Shown here: positions 51,609 through 59,241 of the stretch, piece by piece | Position numbering within the stretch: position 1 is the stretch's first letter | Layout of the letters: each line of letters starts with the position of its first letter | Notes under the pieces: generated by a model | Seen by the model: only the letters and a program-made list of their open reading frames with translations | The model's database searches: none | What the model was told of the DNA's origin: nothing | Made by a program: the position numbers and the translations under genes | NCBI GenBank assembly: GCA_031459915.1 | Contig: JAVKHO010000007.1 | Coordinates: 32,001-96,000, forward strand | Direction: 5' to 3' | Length of the DNA: 64,000 nucleotides | DNA from: Candidatus Tepidifontimicrobium thermophilum | Lineage (GTDB): Bacteria; Sysuimicrobiota; Sysuimicrobiia; Sysuimicrobiales; Sysuimicrobiaceae

Positions 51609-52276
51609 ACCCCGTGGTGACGGACGCCCTGGGCCGGCGGTTCGGGGCCGTGGTGGCCCTGCGGGGCGTGGGACTCCGGGTCGGGGAGGGCACGTGTCTG
51701 CTGCTGTTGGGCCCCAACGGGTCCGGCAAGACCACCCTGCTTCGGGTGCTGGCCACGGCCTTGCGCCCTACGGAGGGCCGCGCGTGGGTGTGCGGCTACG
51801 ACGTGGTCTCGGAGGGTCACCGGGTGCGGGAACTGTGCGCTTTCCTGGGGACGTCCCCAGGCGTGTACGCGGGCCTCACCGGGTTCGAGAACCTGTGCCT
51901 GGCCGCGGACCTGTGTGGCCGGCCCCGGCGGCAGGTTGCGGAGCTGCTGGGGTGGGCCGGGCTGGAGCAGGTGGCCCACAGGCTGGTACGCACTTACAGC
52001 CTCGGCATGCGGCGGCGGCTCGCCCTGGCGCGGGTCCGTTTGCAAGAGCCCCGGGTCCTGCTCTTGGACGAGCCCTTCGTGGGTCTGGACGAGGAGGGGA
52101 CCCGGCTGGTGGGCGAGCTGGTGACGGGGATCAAGAAGCAGAAAGGCGCGGTGGTCCTGGCCACCCACGACCGGCACCGCGCCCGGGCCGTGTGCGACGC
52201 GGTGGCAGAACTGGAGTCGGGCACGCTGCTGAGCTCGGGAACCGCGGGGCTCGCAGGAGCAGTGAGCCGGGGATGA
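51596..52276 (+). CDS. ccmA: heme exporter ATP-binding subunit
   Basis: GPNGSGKTT, YSLGMRRR, LLDEPF; heads ccmBCDE. Confidence 0.85.
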   Translation: MRPLDPVVTDALGRRFGAVVALRGVGLRVGEGTCLLLLGPNGSGKTTLLRVLATALRPTEGRAWVCGYDVVSEGHRVRELCAFLGTSPGVYAGLTGFENLCLAADLCGRPRRQVAELLGWAGLEQVAHRLVRTYSLGMRRRLALARVRLQEPRVLLLDEPFVGLDEEGTRLVGELVTGIKKQKGAVVLATHDRHRARAVCDAVAELESGTLLSSGTAGLAGAVSRG

Positions 52277-52926
52277 AGGCATGGCGGCGGGTGGCGGCCG
52301 TGGCCCGCAAGGACCTTCTCCTGGAGTGGCGCGGGCGCGACGCGGTGCTCCCCGCGGGCAGCTTCGGCTTCGCAGTCCTGCTGGTGCTAGGGCTGGTGTC
52401 CGGAGGTGGGGGGGAAGCCGCACCGTCGGCGCTGTGGGTGTCCGTCCTCCTGGCGGCAGTGCTGGCGGCAGGACGCGGTGCGGACCGGGAAGGAGAGGAG
52501 GGGACCCGGGAGGTGCTGCTGCTGTACCCCGGCAGCCGCGAGGACCTGTTCTGGGGAAGGTGGCTGGCTCTGTGCGTGGTGCTGCTGGTCCTGGCTGCGG
52601 GACTGTGGTGCGCGCAGGTTCTCCTGTTTGACGCTCCAACCCGCGGGGCGGGCGTGCTGATCCTGGCGGCCCTGTTGGCTACAGCGGGGCTCGGCGCGGC
52701 GGGCACGTTGCTGGCCGCGCTGGTGGCCCACGTGCGGGCAGGACCGTTGCTGATGCCCCTTCTGTTCCTGCCCGCCACGGTTCCCGTGTTGCTGGCGGGA
52801 GTGCGGCTTTCCGAGACCGCGGCCTCCGGAGCGCCTGCGGGCCCGTGGTGGGGCGTGCTGGTGGTGTTCGACCTCCTGTTTTTGCTGGTGGGCCCCGTCC
52901 TGTTCGAGCTGGTGGTGGAGGGGTAG
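52273..52926 (+). CDS. ccmB: heme exporter permease
   Basis: RKDLLLEWR, E.EEGT, LMPLLFLPATVPVLL. Confidence 0.88.
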   Translation: MKAWRRVAAVARKDLLLEWRGRDAVLPAGSFGFAVLLVLGLVSGGGGEAAPSALWVSVLLAAVLAAGRGADREGEEGTREVLLLYPGSREDLFWGRWLALCVVLLVLAAGLWCAQVLLFDAPTRGAGVLILAALLATAGLGAAGTLLAALVAHVRAGPLLMPLLFLPATVPVLLAGVRLSETAASGAPAGPWWGVLVVFDLLFLLVGPVLFELVVEG

Positions 52927-52928
52927 GC

Positions 52929-53567
52929 TTGCGGGCGTTCGCGGTGGGAGGGACTGCGGCGCTGTTGAGCGTGGGCCTGTTCCTGGCCCTGTGGGGCTCC
53001 CCCCCGGACGCCTACCAGGGCGAGTACGTACGGATCATGTACGTGCACGTCCCTGCGGCGGTAAGCGCCTACGGGGCCGCCGCGGTGGCCTTCGGGGCTG
53101 GTGCCCTGTACCTGTGGCGGCGCGACCGGCGGTGGGACTTCGTCGGGCGCGCGGGCGCGGAGCTAGCGGCCCTGTTCTCCGGGCTGACCCTCCTCACCGG
53201 GATGCTCTGGGGAAAGCCCGTGTGGGGCGTGTGGTGGGCGTGGGACGCCCGGCTGGTCACCACCGCGGTGCTGTTCCTGCTGTACGTGGGCTGCCTGCTG
53301 GTCCGAGATCTCGCGGACGACCCCGAGCGGGGCCGGAGGCTGTCCGCGGCGGTGGCGGTGCTGGCCTTCCTGGACGTGCCGGTGGTCCACTACTCGGTGG
53401 TGTGGTTCCGGACCCTGCACCAGGGCCCGTCCATCAGCCTGCAGGGTGTGAAGTTGGCGCCGGAGTTCCTCCTGCCGCTGGCGGTGAACGCCGTGGCCTA
53501 CCTGGCCCTGCTGAGTGTGCTGCTGGCCGAACGGGCGCGCCTCGCGAGTCTGGAGGGGGAACGTTGA
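52929..53567 (+). CDS. ccmC: cytochrome c biogenesis protein CcmC
   Basis: YVHVP, WWD motif WGKPVWGVWWAWDARL, RTLHQ; TTG start inferred. Confidence 0.93.
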   Translation: MRAFAVGGTAALLSVGLFLALWGSPPDAYQGEYVRIMYVHVPAAVSAYGAAAVAFGAGALYLWRRDRRWDFVGRAGAELAALFSGLTLLTGMLWGKPVWGVWWAWDARLVTTAVLFLLYVGCLLVRDLADDPERGRRLSAAVAVLAFLDVPVVHYSVVWFRTLHQGPSISLQGVKLAPEFLLPLAVNAVAYLALLSVLLAERARLASLEGER

Positions 53568-53692
53568 GCCCCTGGGCGTGGGTACTAACCGCGTACGGCT
53601 GCGCCGCCCTGCTGGTGGGCGTTTACGCCTGGCGCCTGTGGCGCCGCTTGCGGCAGGTGTCCAGGGCCAGGCTGGGAGAGGGGGAGACGTGA
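53564..53692 (+). CDS. ccmD: heme exporter protein CcmD
   Basis: 42 aa, WVLTAYG TM segment plus basic tail, overlapping ccmC and ccmE. Confidence 0.8.
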   Translation: MSPWAWVLTAYGCAALLVGVYAWRLWRRLRQVSRARLGEGET

Positions 53693-54099
53693 AGCGCCTA
53701 CGGCTTGCTGCCGCGGTGTTGCTGGTGGTGGGTTCCCTGGGCTACGTGGTGGCCGGCGGGCTCCGGGAGGCGGTGGTGTACTACGTGACGCCCACGGAGC
53801 TGCAGTCCAGGACCCTGGACCCCCGACGGCCGGTGCGGGTCGGCGGACAGGTAGTACCCGGCTCCCTCCGGCGAGAGGGCGGTGCGCTGCGCTTCGTGCT
53901 GTCCGACGGGCAGGCCCGGCTGCCGGTGCGGTTTGCGGGCAGCGTGGAGGGGCTGCTGGTGGAAGGGCAGGGCGCGGTGGTGGAAGGCCGGCTGGGGCCG
54001 GACGGAACCCTGGAGGCCCGCAGCGTGGTGGTGAAGCACTCGGAGGAGTACACTCCACCCCGCTCTCCGTTGCCACCCGCGGAGCGGAACGCGCCCTGA
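53689..54099 (+). CDS. ccmE: heme chaperone CcmE
   Basis: YYVTPTE, VRVGGQVVPGS, EGQGAVVEG, KHSEEY (HxxxY). Confidence 0.93.
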   Translation: MKRLRLAAAVLLVVGSLGYVVAGGLREAVVYYVTPTELQSRTLDPRRPVRVGGQVVPGSLRREGGALRFVLSDGQARLPVRFAGSVEGLLVEGQGAVVEGRLGPDGTLEARSVVVKHSEEYTPPRSPLPPAERNAP

Positions 54100-54289
54100 G
54101 CCAGCGCGGCTGGCCCGGCGTCCACGGACCGGAAGCGCTTGACGGGCTCGGATCGGGGCACGGAAAATCGTGGCCGGACCTTCACGGAGGGGGCCGAGAG
54201 GCTCCCTCTTTGCGTGTGCAGGCCGAAGAGGAGTCCGGGCATCGGAAGTCAAAAAGACACGCCAGCTCATTTTTGATTCGGGAGGCAGG

Positions 54290-55192
54290 TTGCACCGACG
54301 GCAAGCCGGACCCCTGTGCGGCCGGCGGCCCCGCGGGGGGGCCGGCGGGTTGTTGCTGCTGGTGGCGGCGATTCTCGGCCTCGCGGGCTGCCAGCCGTAC
54401 GTCGGGGTGAGCACCCCCGCCAGGGAGGCCTACCAGCCCCTGGAAGGGTTCGTGGTGCGCATGAACTTCATGCCCCGCAAGCCCAGCGCGGACGAGGGCC
54501 GCAAGATCTACGAGGCGCGCTGCGCGGTGTGCCACGGGCCCGAGGGCCGTGGGGACGGCCCCATGGCGGAGCAGCTGACCGCTCCGGAGAAAAACCCGTA
54601 CACGGACTTCTTGAGCCTGTTCCGCATCCACCCCAAGACCGAGCCGCTGCCGAGTCGGCCCGCCCGCTTCAACAACCTGGACCAGATGCGGTTGAACGCG
54701 CCGTTCGCCCTGTTCGAGACTATCGCCCGGGGCCGGCCCCACACTGCCATGCCCGGCTTCCAGCATCCCGCCTACGGTGCCGTGGATGGGGGTGATCCGC
54801 GCCTTACGGACGAACAGATCTGGGACGTGCTGTTCTGGGAGTGGAGCCGGACCACGAGCCGGGACCGGCTGGCACAGGGAAGGCGGATCTACAACCAGCT
54901 GTGCGCCAGCTGCCACGGGGTGGCGGGCGACGGGAACGGTCCCGAGGCCGCCCGGATCCGCGAGCAGGTGTGGACGTGGGCGCGGGGTGTGGGGCCGGGG
55001 ATCTTCACGGACCGGGACTGGATGGCCTACCGGAAGCCCACGGAGCTGTACCAGAAGATCGCGGAGGGAGTGCAGCGGCGCGGGCTGGAGCTCATGCCCG
55101 CCTACGCGGGCAAGCTCTCGGCGGACCAGATCTGGAGCGTGGTAGAGTACCTGTGGACGTTCGTGTACACGCCGCCGCAGGACCTGCGCTAG
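54290..55192 (+). CDS. diheme c-type cytochrome lipoprotein
   Basis: Lipobox LAGC, CAVCH..AMP and CASCH..LMP; TTG after GGAGG. Confidence 0.88.
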   Translation: MHRRQAGPLCGRRPRGGAGGLLLLVAAILGLAGCQPYVGVSTPAREAYQPLEGFVVRMNFMPRKPSADEGRKIYEARCAVCHGPEGRGDGPMAEQLTAPEKNPYTDFLSLFRIHPKTEPLPSRPARFNNLDQMRLNAPFALFETIARGRPHTAMPGFQHPAYGAVDGGDPRLTDEQIWDVLFWEWSRTTSRDRLAQGRRIYNQLCASCHGVAGDGNGPEAARIREQVWTWARGVGPGIFTDRDWMAYRKPTELYQKIAEGVQRRGLELMPAYAGKLSADQIWSVVEYLWTFVYTPPQDLR

Positions 55193-55220
55193 CTGCGGGT
55201 GCGGCAACGGAGGCGGGGCT

Positions 55221-55865
55221 GTGAACCGTCGGACGTTCCTCAAGGCGCTGAGTGCGGTGCCGGTGCTGGGGGGTCTCGGCGCCTTCCTGGCGCCGGTGCT
55301 GCGCTACCTGAAGCCGAACCTGGAGCCGGGGCTGGGGGTTCCCCAGGGGAAGGTGCCCCCGGACCTCGCGGAGGGGGACCTCCCGAAGGGGGAGCCGCTC
55401 CCCATCGCCACCCTGGAGGAGCTGCGCGAGCCCTGGTCCAGCAAGTTCTTCGTGTTCACCCAGAAGTACCCGCAGTACACGCCGGAGCTGGCCAAGGCGG
55501 CCACGGTCCCCGGGGTGGCCATCAAGCTGCCGTGGAAGTTGAGCTTCCCCGGCTACAAGGCCGGGAAGGAGCCCACGGACATCGTGGTGTTCTCCCGCAT
55601 CTGCCCGCACCTGGGCTGCATCTTCAACTACGTGCCGAACTGGCGGGAGGTCACGGCGGGCTACGGCGGGTACGTGCCGCCGGAGGAACGTCGCCACGGC
55701 CTCATGGCCTGCCCCTGCCACCTGTCCATCTACGACCCCGCGGACCGGGAGGTGCCCGGCCGGGTGCTGTCGGGACCCGCGCCCCGGCCCCCCCGCTACT
55801 TCACCTACGAGATCCGCGACGGGGTCATCGTGGTGACGGGCGCCGAGCCCGGCGGGATCGCCTAG
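55221..55865 (+). CDS. Rieske [2Fe-2S] protein
   Basis: Tat motif NRRTFLK, CPHLGC and CPCH boxes, GPAPRP. Confidence 0.95.
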   Translation: MNRRTFLKALSAVPVLGGLGAFLAPVLRYLKPNLEPGLGVPQGKVPPDLAEGDLPKGEPLPIATLEELREPWSSKFFVFTQKYPQYTPELAKAATVPGVAIKLPWKLSFPGYKAGKEPTDIVVFSRICPHLGCIFNYVPNWREVTAGYGGYVPPEERRHGLMACPCHLSIYDPADREVPGRVLSGPAPRPPRYFTYEIRDGVIVVTGAEPGGIA

Positions 55866-55877
55866 GGAGCCGGAGCG

Positions 55878-57026
55878 ATGTGGGACCGGTTGCGGGAGTG
55901 GTTCCGGGAGCGCAAGGAGAAGCTGGACCTTTTCGACGAGACCCAGGTCGACCGCCAGGACAACCCCCTCTACCTCCTCGGTCAGATCGTGTACTTCGCG
56001 TGGATCGCGGTGGTGGTGAGCGGGATCCTGCTCATGATCTGGTACGAGCCCACCACCCACGGCGCCTACAACTCCATCCTCCGCATCCAGCACGAGGTCC
56101 CCTTGGGCTGGCTGATCCGCGGGGTGCACAAGTACGGCGCGGACATGCTGATCCTCGCCATCACCCTGCGCATCTACCGGATGTACTTCCTGGGCGAGTA
56201 CAAGCGGCCCAACGAGCTGTCGTGGATGATCCTGTTCGGCTCCCTGGTGCTGGCCATGATCTCCGGCCTCACGGGGTACCTGCTGATCTGGAACCAGCGG
56301 GCCTTCTGGGCGGCGAAGGTAGTCCTCACGGTGGCGGTGTACCTGGATGAGCTGCCCCTCATCGGGCAGACGCGGTTCGGCAGCGCCATCGCCTTCGCCT
56401 TCCTGGGTGGGCCCGCGGAAGGGCAGGGGACTCTCACGCGCTTCTACGCCATCCACTTCGGCATCTCGGCCCTGCTGCTGGTGGCGGCGGAGATCTACTT
56501 CTACTTCACCCGGCGGCGCCGGTTCGTGTTGTCCCCCACCGCTTTGGTGATCCTGGCCCTCATGCTGGTGGTCACCAGCTACGTGTTCCCCGCGGAGATG
56601 GGCCGGCGGGCCGACCCCAACCGGACGCCGCTCCCGATCCTTTCCGACTGGTACTTCCTGGCGCTGTACCAGTACGTGAAGTACACCCCGCCCCTGTGGG
56701 CCGGGCTGGGGCCGGGTCTGCTGATCGCGTACGGGATGCTGGTGCCGTTCCTCGACCGCAGTAAGGGCCGCAGGCCGTCCGAGCGCCCCTTCTTCACCGT
56801 GGTGGGAATTATGGCCCTGACCTACTTCCTGGTGTTCACCGCTCTCATCATGTTCAACATCGCCGTGATCGGGAGGGACCCGCACGTGGTCCTGCTGGTC
56901 ACCGCCGCCACCCTGGGTCTGGGCCTGGTGTTGGAGTTCCGTTACCGCCGGCGGAGGAAGCTCGCAGAGGCCGCCGCGCCGGCCCCGGCGCCGCGGGCCG
57001 CGCCGGCCCGGGCGACGGTGGGGTGA
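55878..57026 (+). CDS. cytochrome b (copy 1): bL ligands and Qo-type motifs kept, bH ligands lost
   Basis: RGVH, TGYLLIWNQRAFWA, RFYAIH, PILSDWYFL; second His of helices B and D replaced by Arg and Tyr. Confidence 0.92.
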   Translation: MWDRLREWFRERKEKLDLFDETQVDRQDNPLYLLGQIVYFAWIAVVVSGILLMIWYEPTTHGAYNSILRIQHEVPLGWLIRGVHKYGADMLILAITLRIYRMYFLGEYKRPNELSWMILFGSLVLAMISGLTGYLLIWNQRAFWAAKVVLTVAVYLDELPLIGQTRFGSAIAFAFLGGPAEGQGTLTRFYAIHFGISALLLVAAEIYFYFTRRRRFVLSPTALVILALMLVVTSYVFPAEMGRRADPNRTPLPILSDWYFLALYQYVKYTPPLWAGLGPGLLIAYGMLVPFLDRSKGRRPSERPFFTVVGIMALTYFLVFTALIMFNIAVIGRDPHVVLLVTAATLGLGLVLEFRYRRRRKLAEAAAPAPAPRAAPARATVG

Positions 57027-57030
57027 GGCG

Positions 57031-57294
57031 GTGGAGGCGGTCCGGTTCGGGATGGCTTTCGGCCTGGCGGTAGCAGGCCTGCACGGCACCTGGCAGGCGG
57101 CGCGCCTGGCGTGGGTACAGCCCCAGCCGGAGCGGTGGCTTGTGGCGGCCGGGTGGCTGGCGGTGCTGGTGGTCTCGGCCGCGTGGGCGGGCTACCTGCT
57201 GTACGCCGCGGACCGCCGGGCGGGCCGGGTGCGTCGACGGGTCGCGGTGTACGAGCGCTGGCTGGCTTTCCAGCGAGGCGGGAGGTGGGCGTGA
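57031..57294 (+). CDS. small two-TM membrane protein
   Basis: Two hydrophobic segments, tightly packed in the operon. Confidence 0.7.
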   Translation: MEAVRFGMAFGLAVAGLHGTWQAARLAWVQPQPERWLVAAGWLAVLVVSAAWAGYLLYAADRRAGRVRRRVAVYERWLAFQRGGRWA

Positions 57295-57494
57295 GGGAGC
57301 CAGAGCGCGGCGGCTGGTACCTGGCGGTGGCGGGCTTTCTGGCGGTACTGGCCCTGGCGTGCGTCGGCCTGATGGTGTACGGGGAGTGGTTCGACCGGCG
57401 CCTGGTGGCCTCGGGAGCCGTGGGCGTGCTGCTGGTGCTGTACGCCGTCATCGTGGTGCTGTTCCGCAAGGCGCACCTCACCGCGGAGGACTAG
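57291..57494 (+). CDS. small two-TM membrane protein
   Basis: GTGA overlap, GGAGG RBS, two hydrophobic segments. Confidence 0.7.
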   Translation: MREPERGGWYLAVAGFLAVLALACVGLMVYGEWFDRRLVASGAVGVLLVLYAVIVVLFRKAHLTAED

Positions 57495-57495
57495 G

Positions 57496-58671
57496 GTGTA
57501 CCGGCGGTTGTTGCTGAGCCTGCAGAGTGCCACCCTGCGGTTGGACACCTGGATCAACCGCGTCCTGCCGCAGGACTTCAACCCCCTGTACTACACCGGG
57601 GGGCTGTCGAACCTGTTCCTCACCATCCTGGTGGTGTCGGGGATCCTCATCTTCCTGTACTACGAGCCGAGCCTGGAGGGCGCCTACGCCTCGGTGGAGT
57701 TCCTCACCCGCGACGTGCCCTACGGGGTCGTGTTCCGCGGGATCCACCGCTACGCCGCGGACGCGTACCTGGTGGCCATCCTCCTGCACCTGTTCCGGAA
57801 CTGGTTCACGGACCGCTACCGGGAGGCCCGGGACAGCCAGTGGCTGTCGGGGATGTTCCTGCTGGTGGTGTCGGGCTTCGCGGGCTTCACCGGCTACCTG
57901 TTGGTGTGGGACGAGCGGTCGCAGCTGCTGACGAGCCTCACGGTACAGGCCCTGAGGTCCGTCCCCCTGGTGGGAGACCGGCTCGCCCGGGTATTCCTGG
58001 GGGGCCCCGGGGTGAGCGACACCACCCTGCCGCGGTTCCTGTTCCTCCACGTGGGGCCCGCCATGACCCTGTACGTACTCCTGTGGTGGCACTACGTGCG
58101 CCTCCGCCACCCCAAGATCTGGCCCCCCTCCGTGTGGGTGCTGTTCAGCCTGGGCCTGCTGTTCATCCTCGCTTCCGCCTTGCCCGCCACGAGCGGACGG
58201 CCGGCGCAGCCGGGCGCCTCGCCGGAGGGGTTCGCGGTGGACTGGTTCTTCCTGTGGCCGTACGTGCTGGCCCGCTGGCTGGCGCCCGGTTGGGCCCTGG
58301 CCCTGGTGGTGGCCCTGGTGGCATACGGCATGGTGGTCCCCTACACCCTGCGGGAGACTCCGGAGCAGCGGGGCGTCCGGGCCTTGGGCCAGGCGGTGGT
58401 GGTGGAGGAGAACTGCACGGGCTGCGAGCTGTGCTACTACGACTGCCCGTACAACGCCATCTACATGGTGCCGAGCCCGTACCCGGGGAAGAGCCGGGCT
58501 GCGGCCAACCGGAAGCTGCTGGCAGTGGTGGTGGACTCCCGGTGCGTGGAGTGCGGGATCTGTATCGGCGCCTGCCCCTTCGAGGCCCTGGAGTTGCCGA
58601 GGATGCTGGACAAGGACGTACAGCAGCGCATCCAGCGGGGCGCACGCGCCGCGGCCCCGGTGGGTTCCTGA
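57496..58671 (+). CDS. cytochrome b (copy 2) fused to a 2x[4Fe-4S] ferredoxin domain
   Basis: H-x13-H in helices B and D; CTGCELCYYDCP and CVECGICIGACP at the C-terminus. Confidence 0.92.
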   Translation: MYRRLLLSLQSATLRLDTWINRVLPQDFNPLYYTGGLSNLFLTILVVSGILIFLYYEPSLEGAYASVEFLTRDVPYGVVFRGIHRYAADAYLVAILLHLFRNWFTDRYREARDSQWLSGMFLLVVSGFAGFTGYLLVWDERSQLLTSLTVQALRSVPLVGDRLARVFLGGPGVSDTTLPRFLFLHVGPAMTLYVLLWWHYVRLRHPKIWPPSVWVLFSLGLLFILASALPATSGRPAQPGASPEGFAVDWFFLWPYVLARWLAPGWALALVVALVAYGMVVPYTLRETPEQRGVRALGQAVVVEENCTGCELCYYDCPYNAIYMVPSPYPGKSRAAANRKLLAVVVDSRCVECGICIGACPFEALELPRMLDKDVQQRIQRGARAAAPVGS

Positions 58672-58681
58672 GGCGAGAGCC

Positions 58682-59113
58682 ATGGCGACGGTACCGGATC
58701 GGACCCCGCAGGCGGAGGAGGCAGCCCCCCGGGTCGTGGGGTTCCTGTGCGACTGGGCGGTACGCAGCGAGGGGCTCCTGAGCGCCGACGACACCCTGGT
58801 AGGCATGCCGCATGTCACGGTGATCCGGGTCCCCTGCTCAGGGTTCGTCAAGCCCGGGTGGTTGGAGCTGGCGCTGCGCAGCGGCGCCGCGGGCGCCTTC
58901 GTGTGCGGTTGCCCCATGGGGGACTGCCTCAACCGGGAAGGCAACTGGATCATGGAGGATCGCATCGACCAGCTGCGGAAGCGTTTGAGCCGGCAGAAGG
59001 TGGACCCTGAGCGGGTCGCGTTCTTCGCCTTCGGCCTGCACGAGCGGGAGGACTTCCTGCGCGCGGTGGCGGAGTTCGTGGACCGGGTGCGCGGATCCGG
59101 AGGGAAGCGGTGA
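58682..59113 (+). CDS. MvhD/FlpD-like [2Fe-2S] protein
   Basis: GFLCDW, IRVPCSG, GCPMGDC..REGN, VDPERV. Confidence 0.88.
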   Translation: MATVPDRTPQAEEAAPRVVGFLCDWAVRSEGLLSADDTLVGMPHVTVIRVPCSGFVKPGWLELALRSGAAGAFVCGCPMGDCLNREGNWIMEDRIDQLRKRLSRQKVDPERVAFFAFGLHEREDFLRAVAEFVDRVRGSGGKR

Positions 59114-59226
59114 CGCGGTTTGGCCCGAAACGGTGGAAGACGTACCTGTGGTACGCCCTGTTCTACCTGGTGTTCTTTGCCCTGTTGCTGTTCGTGGCGG
59201 CCTTCGGTCTGGTGGCGGAGGCGTAG
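59110..59226 (+). CDS. 38-aa single-TM membrane protein (below ORF-track cutoff)
   Basis: MTRFGPKRWKTYLWYALFYLVFFALLLFVAAFGLVAEA; GTGA overlap with the MvhD-like gene; GC3-biased codons. Confidence 0.75.
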   Translation: MTRFGPKRWKTYLWYALFYLVFFALLLFVAAFGLVAEA

Positions 59227-59241
59227 CGGAAGGGACACGGG

